Source: Octopus bimaculoides
Taxonomy: Eukaryota
Assembly (NCBI RefSeq): GCF_001194135.2
Contig: NC_068983.1
Span: 153,466,818-153,530,817 of the forward strand
Length of the DNA: 64,000 nt
Direction: 5' to 3'
The position numbers and the translations under genes were made by a program. Shown here piece by piece: positions 13,982 to 27,262 of the stretch. The notes under the pieces were generated by a model. It made no database searches, had not been told where the DNA came from, and saw only the letters and a list, made by a program, of their open reading frames with translations. Each line of letters begins with the position of its first letter. Within the stretch, counting starts at the first letter, position 1.

Positions 13982-13998
13982 TGTCTATCTGTCGATAG

Positions 13999-14002
<4 letters not shown>

Positions 14003-14090
<88 letters not shown>
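14003..14090. repeat. (AG)n microsatellite
   Basis: Uninterrupted AG run. Confidence 0.95.
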
Positions 14091-14092
<2 letters not shown>

Positions 14093-14881
14093 TCCATATA
14101 TCAGTTGAAATCATGTGTTGGTTGTCAAAATAAATTCAGTTACTTTATCTTATTGTTATTTTCGAAAGTTGTGAATAGCATGCTTGCGTCATCTTTTCGG
14201 TTCTCTATATGAAATCATATAAAGAAGTGAAAAGATGACTAGAGCATTGGATAGCCCACCTATTGTAGTAGACAAGATGCTGGAATCCATCTTTGTCAAT
14301 ATACTGCTAGCTTGAACACTCAGCGCCGATAGTTATCTTTTGAAGTACCCTGTTTAGATAATGTGAGGTTACAAGGGAATATGGTTCACACACATGTATA
14401 TCTTGCAATCTTTATGGGCAGAATGGTTTCCATATTTTGCTCTTCTGTGTGTTCTAGCAAGGAACAACTTTCCGATTGGTAGATACTACAAGCTGCGTTA
14501 ATCTTCTCATTGGTACAGCTGGCAATTACAAGGTCCAGGTGAAAGATGTCCTGTCAAGGATACTCTATTTAGTATCGAGAAGTTGTTTAATGCTCCTGTA
14601 CCATAGAGCAATGCAAGGAATGGAACATGATATATTGTATGCAACTGAATTTGCTGTTTGAAATAATGTGCATCGTAAACTGGCTACCACGTTAGTATCT
14701 ATTGAGTCTATACTCATAAAACTATGTACGAGTGGGCATTAGCAGGAGTTAAAACATACGGTGAATCTCCTGATACTATAAATTGAAATAACGTGAAGTT
14801 GAGCGAAACTTTAATTAAATGCTATATGTTTGTTGTTACTTTATTTCAGTGCTCACTATCACTCATATGTACATACCTACG

Positions 14882-14966
<85 letters not shown>

Positions 14967-14980
14967 TTATCTATCTATCT
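14882..14980. repeat. (TATC)n tetranucleotide microsatellite
   Basis: Near-perfect CTAT run. The same motif occurs at 8155-8219 and around 26076-26122. Confidence 0.95.
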
Positions 14981-16529
14981 GAAAGGTCTAGNNNNNNNNN
15001 NNNNNNNNNNNNNNNNNNNNNNNNNNNNNNNNNNNNNNNNNNNNNNNNNNNNNNNNNNNNNNNNNNNNNNNNNNNNNNNNNNNNNNNNNNNNNNNNNNNN
15101 NNNNNNNNNNNNNNNNNNNNNNNNNNNNNNNNNNNNNNNNNNNNNNNNNNNNNNNNNNNNNNNNNNNNNNNNNNNNNNNNNNNNNNNNNNNNNNNNNNNN
15201 NNNNNNNNNNNNNNNNNNNNNNNNNNNNNNNNNNNNNNNNNNNNNNNNNNNNNNNNNNNNNNNNNNNNNNNNNNNNNNNNNNNNNNNNNNNNNNNNNNNN
15301 NNNNNNNNNNNNNNNNNNNNNNNNNNNNNNNNNNNNNNNNNNNNNNNNNNNNNNNNNNNNNNNNNNNNNNNNNNNNNNNNNNNNNNNNNNNNNNNNNNNN
15401 NNNNNNNNNNNNNNNNNNNNNNNNNNNNNNNNNNNNNNNNNNNNNNNNNNNNNNNNNNNNNNNNNNNNNNNNNNNNNNNNNNNNNNNNNNNNNNNNNNNN
15501 NNNNNNNNNNNNNNNNNNNNNNNNNNNNNNNNNNNNNNNNNNNNNNNNNNNNNNNNNNNNNNNNNNNNNNNNNNNNNNNNNNNNNNNNNNNNNNNNNNNN
15601 NNNNNNNNNNNNNNNNNNNNNNNNNNNNNNNNNNNNNNNNNNNNNNNNNNNNNNNNNNNNNNNNNNNNNNNNNNNNNNNNNNNNNNNNNNNNNNNNNNNN
15701 NNNNNNNNNNNNNNNNNNNNNNNTATATATATATATATATCCATCCATCTACCTACCTACCTACATATTTACCTCCCTACCTCCCTACCAACCTACTTAC
15801 CTATATCTCCCTATTTATCTATCTATCTATCTATATATCTATCTATCTAACTATCTATCGAACTAATTAACTAATTAACAAACTAGCTAACTACATATGT
15901 GTGCGCGTGTGTGCGTGCGTATGCACGTGTGTGTGTGCGTGTGCGTGCCTGCGTGCGTGCGTATACTTGAGTATTCACCTGTGCGACCATAAGGCACATG
16001 TGCTACTCTGCTTTATGTTGTGCATTTTGTGTGGTATCAGTTATAGGTTAGATTTAGCCTGAGCATCTCTGTCAATCAATTAGTGCTAAAATCTTCTTCA
16101 TTGATACATTTCTGTCAGAATACAGCAACTTTGAACAGGAAACATTATTCCTAACAACAGACTAGCACTGAAATATATAATACAGAAGATGAATCGAATA
16201 TTTATCGCGATAATTTTTATCAGATATTTGCTTTTTCTTCCACAAATTTTAACAACGTATTTATAATAGAATCTGAGATGTACATTAACAAATAACCAAT
16301 TTATAATTGAAGTTCATATTTGAAAGCATAACTGGTATGTAAATACATGCTTTAAATATTATAATAAGGATTCATATATATNNNNNNNNNNNNNNNNNNN
16401 NNNNNNNNNNNNNNNNNNNNNNNNNNNNNNNNNNNNNNNNNNNNNNNNNNNNNNNNNNNNNNNNNNNNNNNNNNNNNNNNNNNNNNNNNNNNNNNNNNNN
16501 NNNNNNNNNNNNNNNNNNNNNNNNNNATA

Positions 16530-16989
16530 TATAAAGATAAATTAAATATAGCGATATTCGATTGACAATCCAATAATTTCTTTATATTACAATGCTACAT
16601 TAAATACTATGAATATAATATATAACATAACACAATATTACATGACATAAATAATTATGAAAACCATAAAAGGCCAACAAATTGTTTCGACTTAATTTTT
16701 TTTTATTAATTTTTACAATCCAGCCGTCCTTTCAAACGGAATTTCTTCTTTTTCTAAAGCCAAAGCACTGAAGTTACTTTATTTATAATGGAACTGTGAT
16801 TATGTATATCAGTAAAAATACGTATAAGTCGAAACAATCTGTTGGCTTTTTATAGTTTTCATAATTATTTATGTTATATAATATTATGTTATGTTATATA
16901 TTATATTCATAGTATTTTATGTAATATTGTGATATAAACAAAATATTGGATTGTCAATTGAATGTCTCTATATTTACTTTAACTTTATA
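16530..16989. repeat. Long inverted repeat, 165 bp arms (16530-16694 and 16825-16989), 130 bp spacer
   Basis: The reverse complement of the right arm aligns colinearly to the left arm with scattered substitutions. Confidence 0.9.
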
Positions 16990-17701
16990 ATTGAATTATA
17001 CCAATATTTATATGGTATCCATCGGACGTACGAGTGAATTGGATGTTTAGCACACCACTTTGAAGGATTTCTTTTCCTCTGTTTGTAACTATATATATAT
17101 ATATATATATCCCAATTTAGCAATTTTTACCCAGTATTTATATAGTTAAATGTTTCGATTGTTCGGCCGGAGTAATACACAGTTGAATGTATTCACTGTT
17201 GTACTATTCTGACTCGGGACGATGCTTCAGGATATTTATTTGATTTGAATTATTGATGTATAAAGATGGAACTAAGTGCGCATCTTTACCTCCTGTATTT
17301 CGGTACGCATTATAAGTTCATAATTATGCATTTTTCAGCAACATTACTGATGAACCACGGATGGTTAATTAATCAATTGATTGACTAATTAATTGATTTA
17401 TTTGATCACTAACGGTGAAATTCATGGCTATAGGGTTAACTGACACTTTTATTCATTTAGATATCCAGCTCGCTTATAAGCAATGTGCTTCAAAGAAGAA
17501 TCCTTCTTTTCGTGGTTTGGGTTTTGACTGCCCTTTTCTGCATGTAAGGAGTCCACATGGTAGTCTTCTCTTCATGTATAAATGTTTATACACTATTATA
17601 TATATATATAGTTCAAATTTACAGAAACAAAAGACAAAACCGATGAGTGAAAAACTAGCAGGTGTTTTGGTTTGACGCTTGGGGAGGATGTAAAAGTCAT
17701 T

Positions 17702-17729
17702 GACGTTTCGAGCTAAGGCTTTTTAACAG
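17702..17729 (-). ncRNA. Degenerate Penelope-type minimal hammerhead motif
   Basis: Reverse complement reads CUGUUAA-A-AAGC(CUUA)GCUC-GAAACGUC, preceded by a pyrimidine-rich tract as at 13900-13981. Confidence 0.35.
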
Positions 17730-17818
17730 AAAAGGCTGAGGGGAATAAAATGGAGAACGAAAACACGTGTAGGGATTAACGGCTCAACGTGATGAAAAAT
17801 ATGTGTATATATATATAC

Positions 17819-17894
<76 letters not shown>

Positions 17895-18461
17895 NNNNNN
17901 NNNNNNNNNNNNNNNNNNNNNNNNNNNNNNNNNNNNNNNNNNNNNNNNNNNNNNNNNNNNNNNNNNNNNNNNNNNNNNNNNNNNNNNNNNNNNNNNNNNN
18001 NNNNNNNNNNNNNNNNNNNNNNNNNNNNNNNNNNNNNNNNNNNNNNNNNNNNNNNNNNNNNNNNNNNNNNNNNNNNNNNNNNNNNNNNNNNNNNNNNNNN
18101 NNNNNNNNNNNNNNNNNNNNNNNNNNNNNNNNNNNNNNNNNNNNNNNNNNNNNNNNNNNNNNNNNNNNNNNNNNNNNNNNNNNNNNNNNNNNNNNNNNNN
18201 NNNNNNNNNNNNNNNNNNNNNNNNNNNNNNNNNNNNNNNNNNNNNNNNNNNNNNNNNNNNNNNNNNNNNNNNNNNNNNNNNNNNNNNNNNNNNNNNNNNN
18301 NNNNNNNNNNNNNNNNNNNNNNNNNNNNNNNNNNNNNNNNNNNNNNNNNNNNNNNNNNNNNNNNNNNNNNNNNNNNNNNNNNNNNNNNNNNNNNNNNNNN
18401 NNNNNNNNNNNNNNNNNNNNNNNNNNNNNNNNNNNNNNNNNNNNNNNNNNNNNNNNNNNNN

Positions 18462-18501
<40 letters not shown>

Positions 18502-19412
18502 ATAAATGTTAACGATATTTTGCACTGTTAATATTGATTTCTAATATCCACACAAAGCCAGACATATTAGCTGAAGGGAGATTTGAATATATTTTCCAAG
18601 ATATACTATGTCTGAATAATAATAAAAAGGAAAACGATTGATGTCTTTGATCGCAGTTCTGCTTGGTGAAGCCAGACATAGGTCAACAATCAGAGTTATA
18701 ATTGACTGATATATTATATTAAATCAACTACAGAATATTGATGGGTAAATTGTTCTCACTGAAATTGGAACGCAGAATGCAAGGTTACGTATATATGCAA
18801 ATACTCCATTGATCGTATCAGAGTACCATCCTACCAATATGCATTGACTTGTAACGCTGAAATAAAGCTAACATTTTTTAGGGGTAATATCAGGAATATT
18901 ATCTTCATGGGCATAATGTCAATCTTCTATTGAATAAATTTTATTCTAAGGTCACCACTACACCAGCAAAAAAAATTAACTTGAAATATCCAAAATCATA
19001 CTAGAGAGGTCACCAATATGCTAGAAATAGCAGAGTATTTCTCAGAAATCATGCCTTATTGGTTTAAATGGCTTGGGATTGAATGCTTTCTTATGTATTT
19101 AAAAAAAATAGCAATGCAATACAAAAACAACATCCAAATTATAAGTTAATCTATATTTCCAGTCATCCTATGTACACCAGTCATTAATGCATGAGTCTAA
19201 ATGACTTATGTTATCATAGTTTGCCCCGTCTTTCAAATTTCTGAAAAAGCCTCCATTGATATTTAAAAACTTTATGAGTTAAAAATTTGCATACTGGTAA
19301 TATAGATTTGTCAATAAAATATATTAAATTAGATGCAATGAAATTTATTCATATCCTTTATAAGTGGAATATAGGATAATGAAGATGCCAAATATATATA
19401 TATATGTATGTA

Positions 19413-19475
<63 letters not shown>

Positions 19476-19830
19476 NNNNNNNNNNNNNNNNNNNNNNNNN
19501 NNNNNNNNNNNNNNNNNNNNNNNNNNNNNNNNNNNNNNNNNNNNNNNNNNNNNNNNNNNNNNNNNNNNNNNNNNNNNNNNNNNNNNNNNNNNNNNNNNNN
19601 NNNNNNNNNNNNNNNNNNNNNNNNNNNNNNNNNNNNNNNNNNNNNNNNNNNNNNNNNNNNNNNNNNNNNNNNNNNNNNNNNNNNNNNTATATATAGATAT
19701 AGATATATATATATATATATTGGTGACACTGTCCAGTGCGTAAAATGTCATATAACTCTATGTTAAACTAAAATAAAGGGATGCCGCACTGGCCCTCACA
19801 CCTCAAGTACAATAATCTATGTTTAACTTG

Positions 19831-20012
19831 GGTTACGTTCCCAAAAGCCCTGTGATATGTGAAAATCCGCGAATTAAAAACAGTACTATACTGTATATAT
19901 TTTTAATATTATTTTTATGATTTGTATATATTTATTTTATCATAAATACAAAACGACACTACGGAGGAATCGAGATAAGCTTAAATAATATATCACGGTA
20001 GGTGAACCGCGA
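19831..20012. mobile_element. pogo/Tigger-like non-autonomous DNA transposon remnant
   Basis: GGGTTACGTTCC..GATATGTGAAAATCCGCGAA and GTGAACCGCGATAT resemble subterminal motifs of Tigger-like MITEs as I recall them. The terminal TIR bases are not recognisable. Confidence 0.45.
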
Positions 20013-21859
20013 TATGGTTTCATATTGTTTTATGCCTTCATATTGTTTTACCGGCTCTCCAACTTTTGTCGACGTTTCGTGAAGAGTTCAAAATATTGCC
20101 AATACGAGAACTACTTTGGCAAGTTTATTTCATTTGCGATGATATATACTTATCCAGTCTTGCATGTTAATTACTTCTTTATTACATTCTTTATTTCTAC
20201 GAACGGTAATACATTGAAAGAAACATCTCTTCAACATTTAAGAGAATATGTGCAATTGTATACAGCGCATATAATTATATAGAAAGTAGCAAGGTTTAAA
20301 TTTATTTCACAATCCAACGCACCAAAATCCCAAAACTACAGAACGATTTCCTCTTTTCTTGTTCTCCATTAACATCAACCGCTCTGAAATTTGAAAGGCT
20401 TTTCCTCGCCAACTCAAACCTGCTCGATACGCACATAGTTTCTGTTCTTGTTAACCACGTGTTCTTTTCTTAATTTTCTTAATTTTTTTTTTTCAAGGAA
20501 AAGAATTTCCTTGGAGCTTCCTACTTGTAAACATTTAACTTCCAATCATTTGCATGCGTGTCCGTATACCTTATTAACCTGACCAAAGCATAGCTTTGAT
20601 AGTTTTAACGTATTGAACACATTGAATATTATAAACATAATTAGAAAAAATAATTACCCGGCGTAGAAAAAGCAATTTTTTTCCCCAGTTATTGATATTA
20701 TTACAATACGGCAAGTAACGAATAAGTTTCAATCTTTTTTTTATGAAACCTCTTGAGAACTGTGAATTATGTATTTCATAATGGTTTCAAAAATAGCGTT
20801 GAGAAACATTATGTATGAGATATAAATCATTGTACAAGAACAGGCATTAAATTTACCATAGTGGAAAGCAAACCATAGTTGTTAGTTACTTAAAGTCATT
20901 CGCCTCATGAAACACAATAGTGAGCTAGGTTTGTGCATATATAATATAATGAGATCATGTATGAAAATTAAAACTAATTCTGCATTCATAAAAATGTAAC
21001 TTTTCATCAATATCTTAATTTCGATAAATGCAGGACACTATTTAGTAGATGTTTCGCATAACATCTAGGAAAAGGATTTGGGTATCTGGAGATCCCGGGT
21101 GCGATTTAAATATATATATAACAGAGGAAACAGAGTTACATTCGATGTCTATCATACCAGTAAGATAATATATTTATAAGAAAAATCAAAATGTTGTAAC
21201 TGCGTATACATTAAAATGAGTTCATATTCAAGCATAATATTTACTAAGAACTATCTTTATAAGACGATGGATAGTTTAAAGGCTGATATTCTACGTCATA
21301 TTGTTAACTATGCTAGCATTAAGCAAAATTATGCTGGAATATGACTAAAGATGCATTTGTTATGACCAACTCGTCCTCATTATCTGATATATATANNNNN
21401 NNNNNNNNNNNNNNNNNNNNNNNNNNNNNNNNNNNNNNNNNNNNNNNNNNNNNNNNNNNNNNNNNNNNNNNNNNNNNNNNNNNNNNNNNNNNNNNNNNNN
21501 NNNNNNNNNNNNNNNNNNNNNNNNNNNNNNNNNNNNNNNNNNNNNNNNNNNNNNNNNNNNNNNNNNNNNNNNNNNNNNNNNNNNNNNNNNNNNNNNNNNN
21601 NNNNNNNNNNNNNNNNNNNNNNNNNNNNNNNNNNNNNNNNNNNNNNNNNNNNNNNNNNNNNNNNNNNNNNNNNNNNNNNNNNNNNNNNNNNNNNNNNNNN
21701 NNNNNNNNNNNNNNNNNNNNNNNNNNNNNNNNNNNNNNNNNNNNNNNNNNNNNNNNNNNNNNNNNNNNNNNNNNNNNNNNNNNNNNNNNNNNNNNNNNNN
21801 NNNNNNNNNNNNNNNNNNNNNNNNNNNNNNNNNNNNNNNNNNNNNNNNNNNNNNNNNNN

Positions 21860-21903
<44 letters not shown>

Positions 21904-22617
21904 AGCAAGGACTGCATAATTTTAAAGGCACTGATATACTGGAAGTGATTGGAGGGAGAGGGAGAAATAGTAAGTATTCCTGGCAGATCTCGTGAATACT
22001 TTGAACAACCCTTTTTTTTTTTTTGTTTCAGTCGAAAGATATGGTTACTTCATCTAGACTAAATTTATACGTGACAAGATATTACAGAGCATTCAATAAG
22101 GATTTAATTGGTTGTAATTTTCAGTCCGTCACTTGCAATAAATATAACTTGCAGTGTAATCGTACTATCTCATATTTTGTTTATTAAATGATGGCGTGTA
22201 ATGACTCTATAACCGTAGAAAATATGAAATCCAATAATATACAGTGATGTCATAATGATTTCAATTCTTCATTGAAGAATATAGTAAAACAAGTTCACGG
22301 TGTTCATTGGCAGTTCTGGAAATTTCTCAACTATGATGTAAATTTACATTAAATATTCTTTATTTTTTTTCCTTTCCTTTCTTTCTATTTTTACACTTTT
22401 ACTTGTTTCGGGAATTGGATAGTAGCCTATAGCAATATTTTGAAATGTTTAAGTTAAGGAAATCGATGCCCGTATAATTTTAAATATTGCATTTAAGCAA
22501 TGCATCTTTATTTGCGAAAACTTTAATTTACGGGGATGTAAACATTCGTAAACCGGTTGTCAAATATGCAAGAGAAAAACGGAGGCGTGTGTGCGTGTGA
22601 TAGAGTGAGAGAGAGAG

Positions 22618-22652
<35 letters not shown>

Positions 22653-23144
22653 TTGTGTGCTTTGATTCCGCTCACTTTCCATATAACAATTTCATTCACA
22701 AAGCCTTTTGTCTCAGAAGGCAATAACCCAAAGAGCCGGGAGTAGGCAGGAAGGAAAGCTGGTTGTGAAAGGAATGTCTTCCCATTTTCAATCACATATT
22801 CTATAGTCGCAATGTCACGAAAAATATATTTCGAATATTTTTCAGTTGAATGGGCATATAAATCAAAGAACACAGTATTGTCAATACATCACAGCTGATG
22901 TATTTACGCTAGGTATTAGATAACAGTCGTCATATAATCTGTATCCGCCAATTCTGAAGAGTTCGAGTATCAGATAACCGGTCTCTAATCTAATAGCACT
23001 CGCGAAACCGATTAACAAGATCGGCTTTAACAGATCTATGATACAGTATACTTTAATTATGCAGCATTATGTATTTATGCATACATACAAAGATACATAC
23101 ATACATACATACATACACACCCATATATGCATATGCATATATGT

Positions 23145-23196
<52 letters not shown>

Positions 23197-23237
23197 ATAT
23201 ATTTATATTTATATGTATGTGTGTGTGTTTAAATATA

Positions 23238-23287
<50 letters not shown>

Positions 23288-23319
23288 GTTGTTGTTGTTG
23301 TTGTTATAATTATTGTTAT

Positions 23320-23503
23320 TTCTTTTTTGTTTCAGAGTTTGTTGGAATTTCTGGAGTCTTGCATAAGTAGCAGGCTTGCTACCTGCAGCCTACGGTACCA
23401 TGCTATCCATTCTTTTCAAGTATCTAATACTTTCCTGATTATTGTGGCCGTGCCAACGAGGCAAAACTTTTGTAATTTGTCGCCCATCACTTGTTATGCG
23501 CTC
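23320..23503 (-). mobile_element. R4/Dong-clade (RLE) non-LTR retrotransposon 3' end
   Basis: Reverse complement of 23490-23416 translates VMGDKLQKFCLVGTATIIRKVLDT* (cf. the R4/Dong C-terminus LQK.CLLGTA.I.RKVL). A ~95 bp 3' UTR follows, ending at (CAA)n(TAA)n. Confidence 0.75.
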
Positions 23504-23519
23504 ATAAATTAGTTTGATA

Positions 23520-23669
23520 AGCGAGTCGACTTTGCCTTTCATCGTTTCTGGTTCAATTAAATAAGTACCAGTTACGCACTGTGGGTTGATGTAATCGACT
23601 TAATCCCTTTGTCTGTCCCTGTTTGTACCCTCTATATTTAGCCCCTTCCCTGTGGGCAATAAGGAAATA
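23520..23669 (+). mobile_element. SINE family A, 5'-truncated, tail type 2
   Basis: Starts just before GTCGACTTTGCCTTTCATC. The 16 bp TSD ATAAATTAGTTTGATA lies at 23504-23519 and 23670-23685. Confidence 0.85.
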
Positions 23670-23841
23670 ATAAATTAGTTTGATAGTTGAGCTCTGATTG
23701 GCTGTATGCAAATGAATTCATAACTGGGGTCCGGAAATCTCGTGGGAAAGAAGTTTCCGCATCCTGGAGTATGGTTGCCTTTGCATTTTCTGTGACCGTT
23801 TTCTTGGGTGTGCTTATACCATCAATTTTCTGTTGTTATTC

Positions 23842-23909
23842 CATCATCATCATCAGCAGCAGCATCGTCGTTGTCGTTGTCGTCGTCATCATCATCATCA
23901 GCATCATCG

Positions 23910-23946
<37 letters not shown>

Positions 23947-23958
23947 TATTATTATTTT
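23842..23958. repeat. (CAT)n/(CGT)n/(TAT)n compound trinucleotide repeat
   Basis: Directly visible in the sequence. Confidence 0.9.
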
Positions 23959-25966
23959 AATCAGCTTGATTTGGTTCCATATAAATTAGTTTCTGTTTGT
24001 CTGTGTATCTATCTATTTATCTATATGTATACCTACCTATTTACCACTAAATTAGCTCGTCGAGTTAAGTATAAAACTAAACATGTCTTTGATCATTGCT
24101 TTCATACATATGTATCCTTTTGCACTTATGTTTCCATCTGTGGTTAAATGAACACAAACGATAATATGACACCAGTCCTAAATGCCCTATCACAAATTTA
24201 AGTTAACTTTAACTACATATTTTAAACGAAGTCAATGCTACCTTCTCAAACATGACACTGTTTTCCTCAACCCCTTACTGTCAACCACCTCCTTACTAAG
24301 GCCCGCTTTTTCTTCGTCGAAATTTCTTTCTCTTTCACCCTTCAGTCACGAATTTTATCTTCTTCTTTATGTTCTTATCTATTTCTGTTTCGACAAACAC
24401 TCTACTGTTATATTTCCTTATATTCCACCAAATTATAGAATTAAAGAATTAATTTGTAACTATCAACTTCGTAATATGAAAGAAAAATTATCTGAATCAC
24501 TCCGAAAAACAAAATGTGTGTAAAGATCTCTCCTGCAGAGAGAACTCCGTCGTTATTTCGAAGCCATTATCGACCGCATCCTTATCAAAACTAAGTACAC
24601 GTGACTCTTTATTTGACTGAGCATTCAAATAATGCTTAACAGTTTCCCTACACAATTAACAATAAAGACACACACACATATCATAAGTGTGCGTGTGTAT
24701 GCGTCTGTATGTGTGCGTGTGTATGTGTGCATGTGTATGTATGTATCCCTTCGTCTGTCGATAGTACAAAGGTGAGCTATATAGTTATATAAATTGTTTC
24801 TTTTCTGTTGACCCGTTGCTAAAATTCTAATACATCATAACAGTGAGAATCACGTGAGCCTACACTGAGTCGCTCTTTCTCTTTCCCCCCTCTCTCTCTC
24901 TCTCTCGCTCTCTCANNNNNNNNNNNNNNNNNNNNNNNNNNNNNNNNNNNNNNNNNNNNNNNNNNNNNNNNNNNNNNNNNNNNNNNNNNNNNNNNNNNNN
25001 NNNNNNNNNNNNNNNNNNNNNNNNNNNNNNNNNNNNNNNNNNNNNNNNNNNNNNNNNNNNNNNNNNNNNNNNNNNNNNNNNNNNNNNNNNNNNNNNNNNN
25101 NNNNNNNNNNNNNNNNNNNNNNNNNNNNNNNNNNNNNNNNNNNNNNNNNNNNNNNNNNNNNATATATATATAATTATATAATTATATACCTATATATATG
25201 TAAATATGTGTGTGTCTGTGTATGTATATATATATTACCAGCATCTGACCATATGTATTTATCTACATATCTATCTTTCTATCTTTATATGTATGTGCGC
25301 GTGTATACATATCTAGCTACCTGCCTACACACATACATACATATGCATAAATTTATGCAGCCTTGCATACATACATACTCATGCACATATGAGAGAGTGA
25401 AAGTGTGTGTAGCGGCCTCTCTATTTGTACATGCACACACATATATTGAAGTGTACACACGCATGAAACCAATCGACATGTTAAATGAAAAATATTATTG
25501 TCATCTAGAATTCATCAATCAAACTATCTTAATGGCAATTAAAAAAAAAGAAATCAATAACGTTTTTATAATTCTGTCATCAGTTATGTTTAAACTAAGT
25601 CATTAATATATGCTATAAAATGAAAATGAACTAAGAATACAATATATAACCGAAAAATAATGGAAAATGAAGTCAGTACTGCACTTTTGTTTATAAATTC
25701 CTTCTTCGATTTAATTTTAACTTGGAATGTAAAAGATTTAATTATTTATTTGTTTATTTAGTCGTTATTTATTTATTTATTTACACACACACACACACAT
25801 ATACACCCATATATATATTTATGGAAATGAACGGTGAAGTGAGAGAAGTGTATCATAAAAAACTTTATTATTCCGTTTTTTTTGTGATAGGAGCATTATG
25901 ACATACACTTAGAAACACAAAACTTTTTATCATTGAAGTCTTCTATACGTATTTATCTGCGAGAGT

Positions 25967-26009
<43 letters not shown>

Positions 26010-26085
26010 TGTGTGTGTGCGTGCGTGTGTGTGTGTATATATATCCATCCATCCATCCATCCAACCATCCATCCATCCATGCATA

Positions 26086-26124
<39 letters not shown>

Positions 26125-27129
26125 GTATATGTCTGTTTGTCTGTCTGTCTATTTATCTCTCTATCTATCTGTCTATCTCTCTCTCTCTCTCTCTCTGTAT
26201 ATATCTGTCTATTTGTCTGTGTATCTATCTATTTATCTATATGTATACCTACCTATTTACCACTAAATTCAATATAAACGAATGTGCGTGTGTGTGACTA
26301 GGAGAGTGTAGGTATGAGTGAGTGAGTTAGTGTGTGTGTGTGTGTGTGTGGTGTCATATTCACTTTACTGAATACGTTGCAACATGATGCTGCTAGAGAG
26401 TTATGGACCCCAATTGGCTATAATCTAAACGCACATTTCTTTAAACAAGCGTATCTAGGGAGACAGTGACATAACGTTACATACATATAATGTATGTGTA
26501 CGTGTGTTTGCGTGTATATGCGTATGTCTATGTGTATGTGTATGATGTGCGTAACTTTGATTATTGCAATATATAGCAAAATATCGTGATTTTGTTAAGT
26601 CACGCATAAATTTGATGTTTATAATTCAATAAGAATTGACAATTTGTATATACGATTAGAACTTAGAATTATCATTATGTTGATATTTTATCTACTTCCT
26701 AATCATATATCAACGCTGAATTCGATATTCATGTACTAAGAATCATGTAATCAATTCGTTTTATTACTTCATTTTAGCTTACAGATTTTTATAAGGAATT
26801 CTAATTGATTAATGCACTCGGAGTTTTGTGTTTTGAGTTTGGTTAAATGTGGTATGTGAAAATTACTAATCTTTCGGTCTTAAGTTTTGACTTTTTATCC
26901 TAGAATTCGTTAACACAATATATTTACATGTAATTATTTATAGTTTTGTCTACTTCGAGGTATATTTTCCAATATATGATATTAATCTCTTGTAGTCCGA
27001 GAAAGACGGTTTTTCAATTTCATGCTGAATAACCTGCACAGATAATTTACTTATAGTGATCATGTATATGCCCACTCCCTCCATCAAATTGACGTTGTCC
27101 GCAGAGTTACTCGGTGTACAACCCATCAG

Positions 27130-27262
27130 GTATCGAAGTGATAGCAGACCAACGTTAGATGAATTGTTTTACTCAAGAGCACATCGTACCATCCCGTGAA
27201 GGAATTGAAACTATGGCTTCGCAGTCGGGTGTGCAACACATTAACCACTAGTTCATGAGCTC
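27130..27262 (-). mobile_element. SINE family C/D head fragment
   Basis: Reverse complement reads TAGTGGTTAATGTG..GTTTCAATTCC..TGTGCTCTTGAGTAAAACA, the same head as 32461-32731. Confidence 0.5.
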
